Origin: Owenia fusiformis | Lineage: Eukaryota | Length of the DNA: 64,000 nucleotides | Assembly: GCA_903813345.2 (NCBI GenBank) | Contig: CAIIXF020000001.1 | Span: forward strand, 7,998,001 to 8,062,000 | Reading direction: 5' to 3' | Part shown: positions 12,206 to 22,610 of the stretch, piece after piece | How positions within the stretch are numbered: the stretch's first letter is position 1 | Layout of the letters: each line of letters opens with the position of its first letter | Notes under the pieces: model-generated | What the model was told of the DNA's origin: nothing | Seen by the model: the letters and a program-made list of their open reading frames with translations, nothing else | The model's database searches: none | Program-made: the position numbers and the translations under genes

Positions 12206-13537
12206 GAATTCATGACACTTTCAGTGATTGACAATAATCGAATGAAATCATCCAGAATCTCTGATTCAACAACTGCTACAAAATCAAATAAAATTACCAA
12301 TGAAATTGCAATAGAACGAGAATATCAATTAGTAATGAAATGACAATAAATGATTCTGAAATTACAATAGACTCTCTTTCTCCAATAGTGTCCACCAGTT
12401 AATCTGAGATGATACCCCTCTGAGCAAAGCCTAAACTGGAACTTTTACTCGGTCCCATCGATCCACATAACTCTGTCATTAGAGATAATAGCATGGTATT
12501 TATTTCACATTTTGTAGAGTTTCTCTAAAAACGCTCACTGGTCGTTTATTTTGCATTCGATTACATACAATTCTAAAATTCTCAAGCTAATCACTTATAG
12601 ACCTTAGTTGAAAATTGATCAATAAATCTACTGAATATTGAATACCTTAGAGGAGTTTTCCCTTATACCTGTCATTTATATATGACCCAAGTTAGCCACC
12701 TCGTGGTGAAACTGGGAACTGACTACTGGCATCTACTGAAGGTTATTACGTCATTACATTACTTATTGATACCTTGCTGCAAAAGAATGATTTAACTCCC
12801 AAATGAAATAGATAATGTACAATTCAGATTTTATATTTTATTACAATTACAATTACATTACAATTCGACAATCATCTTGGATGCCAAGGTGTATAGTTCT
12901 CATACCTTGGGATCAGAGGCGTAAAATAAATGGACTAAATGGAACTTAAAAAACGGTTCCACTTGTAAGGTGTTACGCTTCAAGAGGTGTTTCACTTAGC
13001 AGGTTCTAGAGGTTCAGTGTATATATCATTTAATGGTAATGTATTCAAATTTATTATTTGGTAATGTATTCAAATGTATTTATTCCATGTTATTGAAGGG
13101 GAAACGTGAATTTCATCATGGTCAAATGGAAGTCCAAGACCCTACCTAAGTATAAAAAATTAAAGAGAGTAAAAATGTTCTATTGTTTTTGATATTTTCA
13201 AGCTTTTTAAATAAAATAACACATATTGTATCGCATTTATATCTTTAAATTGTAAAATCAATAACATATACGAAAAATGGTCAAACTAATATATATTTCT
13301 CAAAGCATATGGGTGTTCTTGTGCCTACAAAACCTAATTGAATCACCAGTAGCCTGTAATATAAACACAAATAAATCTTTTAAAAGTAACCGTTACAAAA
13401 TATTTGAATTTTGCGCATCTTATCAAGTCTTTGATCACGCACTTTTAATAGTAGGCGATCACTGTATATACAGTGCATCTGTCATTTCTCTGGAATGATG
13501 TACACTTTCCTCCAAAAGATTGAAAACAATTGTAGTA

Positions 13538-13982
13538 CAGTAAAACCTGTATATCTGAACACTTGGCTAATCCGAACACCTCCCAATTTGAACATTTTTT
13601 GGTCCCGTTTTTTCTCCCATTGACTCAAATGTTTAAAAAACTTGAAATATGAACATCTCCCAATTTTGACAGTGAACAGTCATGTTTGAAAATTAACCTA
13701 TCTAATCTGAACACATAAAATATCACATGTTCCATAAATTGATCAAATATTTGAAAAAAACTTGAACGATCTCACTCATGGTGGGGCTTTCTAGGATGAC
13801 TAAATTCATTTGAATCAGATTTTCATGTCACTCTAATGCCAAAGCTAAGTAGTCAAAAGAACTATAATATTTATTGAGAATTTGTTTCTATTTCTTCAAA
13901 AACCCAAATCAAACCTCAAAATGTGAACACCTCCTAATCCGAACGCTCTGAGCTGGTCCCTTGGATTAGACAGATTTTACTG
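13538..13982. mobile_element. Tc1/mariner (pogo-like) MITE
   Basis: TA|cagtaaaacctgt...acagattttactg|TA. Confidence 0.75.
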
Positions 13983-14012
13983 TAGGTACAATCCCCTCTA
14001 AAAGTTACTGAA

Positions 14013-14380
14013 ATCACTGGCTGGGAATTGGTGTTCGCTTACACACAGGTGTTCAATAGAGTATACTCATATGTTCGCTGGGCACAGTATTTCACTAAAG
14101 AGATGTTCAATATGACAGTTTTACTGTACTGGGAATTGGTGTTCACTATACACAGGTGTTCAATAGAGTAGACGCATGTTTTCACTGGGCACAGATCTTC
14201 ACTAAAGAGGTGTTCATTAGGATATTTTTACTGTACTGAACTCACTGGCTGGGACGGAATCGGTGTTCACTATAATATACACAGGTGTTCAATAGAGTAG
14301 AGGCATGTCACTGGGCACAGATCTTCACTAAAGAGGTGTTCACTATGACAGTTTTACTGTACTGAAATCAATCACTGGGA
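14013..14380. repeat. Three tandem 110-130 bp units derived from a MITE end
   Basis: Each unit contains cacaggtgttcaatagagta and ends in ttttactgta. Confidence 0.8.
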
Positions 14381-15276
14381 ATTCACTATATACAAAATTG
14401 AAATCTGTGTATCATGCCACCCCTGCAAAATAATTGACTTGCCCACTTGGTCTCTTGGATCCACTTGCAAAATATATATAGTAGATGTGAATATTTTCGA
14501 AACAAATGAGTGATATATACACATATTTTGTACCAAATGGGTGACATAAACGGCAATCGCGTGCAAAGACCGAACGGAATGCGTTCGCTTTTTTCGCCAT
14601 TCGGTATTTTACCGTGTTGGCCAGGGGGGAGATTCCCCAAAGATGCCCTATCATACAAGTACAAAATCTGTCACGGGGAAACAGGTACCATTTTGTACAA
14701 GGAACGTTTTGAAAGGTGGTCACTTTTTTTTCGAAATTTTCCAATTTAGTGTCGTATCTTCTGTATTATTCCTTGAGCCTATGATCCTACTACAAAACGA
14801 TCTGGCCAATATCTGTGAAATGGATCTCCAAATTTTCACTGTAGTTTTATGAGTATTCTTTACAAGTATGGATCGAGTAACTTCAATAGTATTACCGTAG
14901 GTTTGAAATGACGATGTTGAACTGATGTAAACGCCATTCCCACGATTTCAAATTTAACTCTGCGCATGCACAGCACTGAGAGAGCATGTGCCCATGATTG
15001 CTCACGTGATCGAATCCTGCAATTTGATTGGAGATGAAAAAAGCACTCGGTGAAAAATGTGTATACCCTCTGGGAGCCACCAGCATGCATTTTCTTGGTG
15101 TTGTATTCTCTAAACTACTGTATAATATAGCCATACTTTGAAGAGATCAGAAAATTATTGCGAAATCCCACATAAAGTGGCCATTTTGAATTATACAAGG
15201 ACTGAATCGGAAAAAACGATACAATATTTGCAATCTCTAAATTGCCTTTCATTTGAGAGCTTTTGAGTAAAATAAA

Positions 15277-15668
15277 GACAGAAAATGTCACGCAAATACG
15301 CATTTTACCTGGTAATTGTCAAGCAAAAATATTTATGTAGAAAAATTTCTAAAAAAGTTTGTCTACACATCAAAAATACGAACGTTGAAAAAAAACGTAT
15401 GCATTTCGTTCGGACTTTACACGCGAACTACGTATATGTCACGCATTTTGTATCTCCCCCCTCGTTGATGGATGTTTTAAACGCGAGCGTAGCGAGCGCG
15501 AAAAATTTGAGGTGTTCAAAATTTGGCAAGATGTAATAAAATTTAAACCAAGGTGTTCAAAATTTGGATCAAGGTGTTCAGATTTGGACCAAGGTGTCCA
15601 CATTTTGAGGGAAGGTGTTCAACATTTCCAAGTCACTCATGTTAGGTGTTCCCAAGTTGACAGGCCTG
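15277..15668. mobile_element. Second, inverted and truncated copy of the 8697-9170 MITE
   Basis: Near-identical to the reverse complement of 8697-9090; ends in agttgacaggcctg. Confidence 0.85.
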
Positions 15669-15980
15669 CCATACGCAGCCCCTGGGGGTCAGGCTTAAAA
15701 ACAATGAATATATGTGAAATAGATAGATGTTGTGAATAAAGTCTACTACTAAAATTTCAAACAATAATATTCCTTATTTGTTCTATATGTATCTGGTAAA
15801 ATAAAAAATTCGCAAAATATAGTTTTTTTGCGTAAAAACGTACTATTGACCAATATACATGTTTCCACCAAATTTTAAGCAAATCTGTGTACTAGTGTTT
15901 GAGTTATCTCCCAGACGGATGGACAGACTGACAGATGAACAAAGGGCTTCACTAGGCTATATCCCCACCGAACTTTGTTC

Positions 15981-17065
15981 TATGTCTATGTCTATGTCAA
16001 TAATCTGCAAAAGGCTAATAAGCCCATATAAAGCAGATATATAATTTAACAGTGATAGAATTTGAATAGAATATAATTTAAAACCTTAACATTTAAAAAT
16101 AGATCTATGGTTTACAACTCATTTTACCTGGGGAGACTGTCAGGCTACCGCGTTGACATCACCCCCTTTTACCAGTAGTGCAGGCTTGTTGCTGTGCACT
16201 GGGGACCCTTTACATTAAAACATAGATCTATATTAAAAACACACCTATTTAATTGCAGTTATTGACATAGGCATAGTATGATGATTTAAAACTACTTAGA
16301 CTGTCACAGTCTAAGATGTCACCAGGTAGAGTGTTCCATTTAGCTATTGTCCTAGGGAAATAGCTAAATTTGTATGCATCCGTTCTAGCTGATGGTTGTA
16401 TGAACTTAGAAGGATGATACAACCTAGTGTTGGTATTGATCTGTTGGCGGAAGTATGGAGGCACGTCGATGGCTGCTAGGTTCTGCTTTCCTTTGTAGAA
16501 AAGGAAAACTCTAGCAGCCTCTCGACGCTCCTTCAGTGGCTCCCACTGTAGGTCTTGAAGAGCTTTGGTGACGCAGCCTGGTTCCCTTGAGTGACATTTG
16601 GTTACAAACCTGGCTGCTCTTCTCTGTACCTGTTCCAACATATCAATATCTTTTTGTCGGTATGGATCCCATGCCGAGCTGGCATACTCTAAATTAGGCC
16701 GGACTAGTGACTTATACGCCTGAGCCTTCACTTTTTCAGGGCATTGATGGAGGTTGCGCCTGAGAAATCCAAGCACCTTATTGGCTTTGGATACAATAGT
16801 TTGAATATGTGTAGTCCAGCGTAAGTTATTTGTGATGTCAATTCCTAGGTATGGGATGTGTGTTCCCCTAGCATGGTGTAATTGTGCATGATAGGGGATT
16901 TACCTTTGTGAATATTTAGCACATAGCATTTTGATGGATGGAATTTCATTTGCCATGTTGATGCCCAGGAGACCAGTTTATCAAGATTCTCCTGTAGTGT
17001 TAATGCATCTTGCTTGCTTTCGACTGTCATGAATAAAAGGCTGTCGTCGGCAAAAAGCTTAAGAC
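15981..17065 (-). mobile_element. 5'-truncated non-LTR retrotransposon (CR1/L2-like) with RT C-terminal fragment
   Basis: Minus strand reads LFADDSLL...W.MKFHPSKC...YLGI...LGFLRRNL...LVRPNLEYASSAWDP...FFPRT-like (SYFPRTI) with a frameshift near 16860, stop at 16249, and a (CATAGA)n tail at about 15981-15996. Confidence 0.92.
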
Positions 17066-17849
17066 TGTTCGTTGGGATAGTAATAAATCGATATAGGTAG
17101 ATCTAGAAGGTGACCCATGACCCTGAGTAAGTCAAAACTCCAAATAGTCTAACTGATCAAAGACGATGTGTAACCATCTCAACCTACAGGACGTTCGAAA
17201 TATCTAATCTATTCTAACTTATAATAAATCTGTGGTTGACTTGAAGTTGAAAAATCCCCGGGGAAAAATCTTGAAAAATCAACTTCACATTTTATATTCT
17301 ACAAACCTCTATAACAAAAGGAAATCGCGGATAGTTGTAGGGTCTCCTACATACATATACTCTTGAAATAATAAAGTATAGGGATGATTGCTGCTCACAG
17401 TTTAGGAAATAGATAGTGCTGACTTAGAACGTACCTGACCCGAATTTGAAGAGTTCGTACTTTCTACCTCCAAAGAGAAGAGCTGTTTCCTGGAGAAAAA
17501 ATGAAAAAAGAAAATAAATAGAATAACAGTAATATTATATAAATTGTAGACGCTGTTTTATGGTTAAAGCATCAATTACCAAGATGTTTTATCAGCAGTA
17601 AGCGTTGGAATCGTGGAAACCCATCGACCTTGGTTCAATGTACTTGTAGGTGCGTGTTTGTTCGTCAGATGAAAATTGTGGAAAACTTCAATAATTTTCA
17701 AAACAAAGCTCTTTAGCATTCCGAATCATATCACTTTTTATGTTCGTCAGTCAAAAAAGCAATAAAGTTTAACAAAATAAATTCATATTATTTAAATTTC
17801 TAAACGTTTGTAAGTTTTGATTGCTTGTAGTTTGACATACAAATATGTG

Positions 17850-19314
17850 GGGTTTGTGTAAAAAAACGGGTGACCGGGTAACCGGTAGACTGTATCCTTC
17901 GTCTGAATAGATATTCAGACTGTAAGTCACCTATTGTAAAATGTGGTGTTGCATAAATGTTACAAATAAGTTTGTTTAATGATAAAATGATTACCTTATA
18001 AAGAACTTACAATATTATTTTTTCGTATATTGTCCTCTTACTGAAGATATTCATAAAATGTACAGACGCTTCTTGTAGCGAAGCCATTGATTAGGTCAAG
18101 CCATTTTGGCAATGCCAATTCTCACGATAAACGAGATTTAGCCAGTGACGTCAGTCTATTTGTAAACAAATAACACGTGGAGCGGACGGAGCAACATTAC
18201 GAAAGCGTATTGATAAATTCCATTTGTGCGGGAATTTATTAGATCTAGTCATTTATTATCATTATCCCGATTAATTTTCTTCATTTATAGTAAATAGAGC
18301 GGAAATATTCATGAAGAAGGCCGAGGTAATCAAATGGTCATGTGTTGTCAAAGTTCAGAAATTTGCATATCTCGTTTGGATCTCGTGAACTCAAATGCCT
18401 TGACATTGATTTCGCGATCTACTTATGAACACATCCTGAAGTTTTGGTGAGTCTGAACATTTCATTATTTTATATCAACTTGTACCCGCCTTATACAAAT
18501 ATTTTTGCTTCTAGTTTAACATGAACATCTCTTCAACATATTCACCAATTTTCAAGGTGAACATTCTTGTAATAAACGAGAAATTTATGTGCAAAAAATA
18601 TCACCGCGATTTCCACAGGAAATATATCAATCATAACAGACCGAATATTATATTCAGTCTGTTGGATACATACTAGGGTAACCGGGTACTTAACGTTCCT
18701 TACAGAGTTACCAACTTTCAAAGTTCCACATTTGTAGACTACCCTTCAATATTTTTACGTTATCATTTTTACCAAGATTTGTAGACTACCCTTCAATATT
18801 TTTACGTTATCATTTTACCAAGAACCTGTAAGAGATGGAAGTCCTAGGTAGTTATTTACACAGTTTACACGTACTATGACGTTAGTTGCTTGATTTATTG
18901 TCTGAGTGATTGATAGGATATCGATGATTGTTTTCTATGATGGCGATTTCAACTAGATATTAAACAAATCTGAATTTACGTACGCGTAAATTTGAAACGT
19001 TATTTGCCGTTTTTATCTGTTAATTAGTGTATGATGTACAATACAACATTAGTTGCTTGATTTATTGCCTCACTGATTGACATTATATTAATTTTGTTTG
19101 TCGTTTTGCCGGTGGATTTATTGGTAAATAAATTTTGTTGCTTGTTTGGTTGTTTTCTTGATTGGTTGTGTCACTGGTACGTTGATTGGGATGTCAGTTG
19201 GGCATTTTGAGGCATAAAATGAAAAAATTAAATTCCTAACCCTGGTAGGAAGGTAGGGTACCCGGTCATCCGGCTACCCGGTTTACCCGGTCACCCGGTT
19301 TTTTACACAAACCC
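17850..19314. mobile_element. Non-autonomous MULE-like element
   Basis: TIR gggtttgtgtaaaaaa.cgggtgaccgggtaa; 9-bp TSD AAATATGTG (17841-17849, 19315-19323). Confidence 0.9.
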
Positions 19315-19640
19315 AAATATGTGCTAAAGAATTGTATTCCGGCCTTGTGTCAGCTATCATGGGCTTTCAAGTAGGTACGAAATATTTCGAGGAAAATGTG
19401 TGACATTATACGGTATCCGCGTGAAAAGTCTGAACAAAATACGTTCATTTTCTTCAGCGTTTGGTTTGTGCTGTATCGGCGATCACTTTTTTGAAGTTTT
19501 TCTGTACCTGTATTCTAAAAGTCAAAATTGTAATTTGATTTTAATCCATGGAAATTACATTTTATTCTTTCAGATTACTCCATCGTTCTCAATTGCTTGA
19601 CTTTTCTACCAGCAGAACCTTTAAGGCACACAGTTTTATT

Positions 19641-20469
19641 ATGCCTCTTTCAGAAAAATCTAGAGTAATAGGAAGGTATATCTTCGCATATTCTGGATGG
19701 ATACTCCTTGGATTCATGTTTGCATTGCACTGGCTCACCTTTATACCAGGTACAGTTACATGATATTCTCCAGATATAAGGACATTGCTGATGAGTGTGC
19801 GATTGTGCATCTGTGCAGGTGCCACATATATATTGTTTAAATTGTATCTTGATATGAACTTTGAGATATATCAAACATCATATAGGTCTATTCTTTTATA
19901 TTTCTCATAATAATTGGATTATTTTTAGCACAGAAGGACCTTATCAAAATATTTTGATGAGTTAAATAAGTTTTTTTTTTAAATTTTAGTATAGTATATT
20001 TTAGGCACTAGCCACTAAGACACATTCATTGATTAAAAATTCTCACGATACAGATAGCATATAAACATTTAATGATGATAACGTTTTTTACATTCCAGGG
20101 TTCTGTCTAAATCCACACAAAACATATGGCAAGTTTTCCAGACTTGCAATCTTTGGAAACATTGGCTCATTCTGGATTGCGAATGGCTTGTTTTGGTTGT
20201 TCCGTCAAACCATGCTGCCATGGTACATTCCGTGTTCAGGGGGCATATCTATGTCTCCAGCATGTCTCTTTCAAGAGCAGGAGGCCCGCTACGCAGCATT
20301 CTACGTTATACATCTCATTCTCTTGCTCTTTGTTGTTGTTAAGTGGATCATAGAACTGTTTATGTTATGGCGATGGATTAAGCAGAATGACCAGATATGT
20401 GAAACCCTGGAGGAGGGGACCTCCAATGAGAAAGTTAATGTTGAGGATGCTTGGACCAAAGAGAACTAG
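19641..20469 (+). CDS. Uncharacterised 159-aa three-TM membrane protein (exons 19641-19749 and 20099-20469)
   Basis: Phase-1 donor cag|gtacag joins ttccag|gg in frame; open to TAG at 20467; three hydrophobic segments; upstream acceptor at 19573. Confidence 0.72.
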
Positions 20470-22507
20470 GCGTCACACCAATATCAGCAGCTAGCCCCCA
20501 TGGCATTTCAAAATACACATGTACTCCTACACATGTGTCATTATGTGTGTTCCATAATGTAGAAAGTAAGCATGGCCTGCCAGCTTGATAATGGGAAAGT
20601 ATGCATGAGAATATTAAGGTTTGATGGAACAGTATTATCAAAATAGATTTCTGGTTCAGAATCTTGGTTTTTTGACAGGCCTGTTTTGTTCCACATAAAA
20701 CATAAACATATCAAAGTGTCACACTCAAATTACATGTATATAATAATTCTGAAACAATGAATGTTTGAACCCAATTTTTGTGTGATATATTTGAAAAAAT
20801 GATTTTGATTTATATAAAAATGATACAAACTCATATTTTTGTTACAGTTTTACGGTAATCTCCCCAGATAAAAACCAGTGATTGAGTAAGTTAGTTGATT
20901 GACAAAATTCTAATTTCTAATAGAGACATATATGTATTTTGGACATATATGTATCTAAAGGATGCAGCAATATTTGAATGGTAAAAAGTTACTTGCGATA
21001 CTTCTGTATGGTGACTTCAGAAAAATTTGGCACATTTTGCTATGCAACAGTTATTTGGTCCTGTTTCTCCCTAATTTGAGTTACCAAATTGATCACTGTG
21101 TGAATAAATACAATAACAAAAAGTCAAAGTGAGCGATAGGTCAGTACGAGTCATGATTCTAGGATAAAAAGTAATCCCTTAAAAATGTAATCACATGGCT
21201 TCTAGTCATATATTATTCTATTCATTTCAGCCTTATTTATTTGTCAGAAAAGATAAAAAATTTAAAAAGGTACAAAAATCTGGGGGAGAATACTGTAAGG
21301 ACAGTTTAACGTGTAAATTTGATTTGTATGAATCTTGATTAATGTACTCCCACTAATATTTGACACTGCAGTATTATGTTTTTGTGATTTTGAACTTTCG
21401 TAGCTTTCATATTCTATTTTGTGAATTAGAACTGTTTTATGAATTTACCAAAAGCCCTGAAAACCACAAAGTATAGTATGCAAAATTTACTGGGAGTACA
21501 GTATATCAACTGACCAAATTGAGATTGCATGTCATATCCCCATGTAAGCTGTACTCTTATATTTTGCGTAAATCTGTGATAACTTTTGATTGTCATTAGT
21601 TTATTTATTTAGAAAAAGGGACATTTTCTCTTTAATCAGACAATAAGCTTTCATAAAATGATCTGTAATTGTTGTTATTAAGCACTTTTCATTTTGCTCA
21701 CAGGATATTTGATTTTTTTTATACATTGGTTGAGAGTGATTATCAAACATCGCTTTGTGGGTAGTCTGTCACACATGTATTAGAAATTTTGGCTCACAAG
21801 AAGTTTTGTTACATAAACGGAACAGTAAACATCTTCACTTTTAACTGTTCGGTTTACATAACAATAGCGAGGAATTTTTTGATAATTCTTGTGTCTCATA
21901 GATTTTCTGAAACATATGATGCTGACACAGGTTTTTGACAAAAAGGTCAAGAAGATTCTTCCTACACTCATGAAATCAGGAGGAAAAAAATCTTACTTCC
22001 GGTGCTGCTCCATTTTGTTACCGAAATGGATCAGTTTTCGTAACCAGTTTCAGGAGTTTAACCGCAACGCTCATGTTATAATAAAAGTCATGTGACAGAG
22101 TACTGTATATTATACCATGAGAATTTAACAAAAAATTGTATAACCAATAAACCATTCCATTTATTCTTCTTGCTCTCAATGTAACTGAGGGAGGTTCTGA
22201 TAATTCAGAATGGAAATTAAGTATTTCACATATTAGTTTTATAATTAAATCGTACTATTGTATAATTGTAAAATAATTCTATGACCAGTATACAGTCCGT
22301 CCATAGTCAATAGGCTACAATATGCATTCAATATATACATGTACTTTCAAAAACATTCCTATTTATATTCCATTGCAGTGTCATTGCCATTTGTTTATTA
22401 TTCATTGTAACATGAAATTATTATTAGACTCCAGATTGCTTTGTAAGAATTAGAACATGGTAAGAATTAGAATGTATACATGTTCTTTTTCATTTTCTTA
22501 TGAATAT

Positions 22508-22610
22508 CAGATGTCATAATCATTTTTAAATGAAAAGTCGGAAATGTCATAATCATTTTTAAATAAAAAGTCGGAAATGTCATAATCATTTTTAATAAAA
22601 AGTCTGAAAT
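22508..22610. repeat. About 30-bp tandem repeat, 3 copies
   Basis: atgtcataatcatttttaa...aaaagtcggaa repeated. Confidence 0.8.

Larger units (their letters stand above)
8442..12343 (+). pseudogene. Disrupted spliced gene inside the transposon, with an N-terminal C2H2-like zinc finger
   Basis: Exon 8442-8455 (ATG...ag|gtatgt, phase 2) joins ttcag|a at 9329: MSEERVVGFT*FYCPSLRTPKFQIIINHLVEHH...DEFM. The frame resumes after the 9555-12214 insertion and ends at TGA 12341. In-frame TGA at 9345. Confidence 0.6.
8376..13464 (+). mobile_element. TA-target DNA transposon derivative (IS630/Tc1/mariner-like termini) carrying nested insertions
   Basis: About 55-bp TIRs: cagtgatcgcctactattaaaagtgcgtgatcaaagact... 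at 8376 and its reverse complement ending at 13464; TA on both sides. Confidence 0.88.
15100..17079 (-). mobile_element. HINE copy (subfamily of 46165-46917) interrupted by a MITE and a LINE
   Basis: Segments match the reverse complement of 46165-46750 (agcccctgggggtcagg, tagccatactttgaag); the terminus is split between 15961-15980 and 17071-17079. Left boundary approximate. Confidence 0.7.

Noticed and set aside
11947-12300. ORFs with pentapeptide-like repeats (SETQL, PKPSC, GQLGF; also RNPVV at 9426-9680)
   Set aside because: These are translations of the 15-bp subterminal arrays of the foldback element.
16249-16776. 175-aa ORF as a host gene or active RT
   Set aside because: It is the C-terminal part of a 5'-truncated, frameshifted LINE ORF2.
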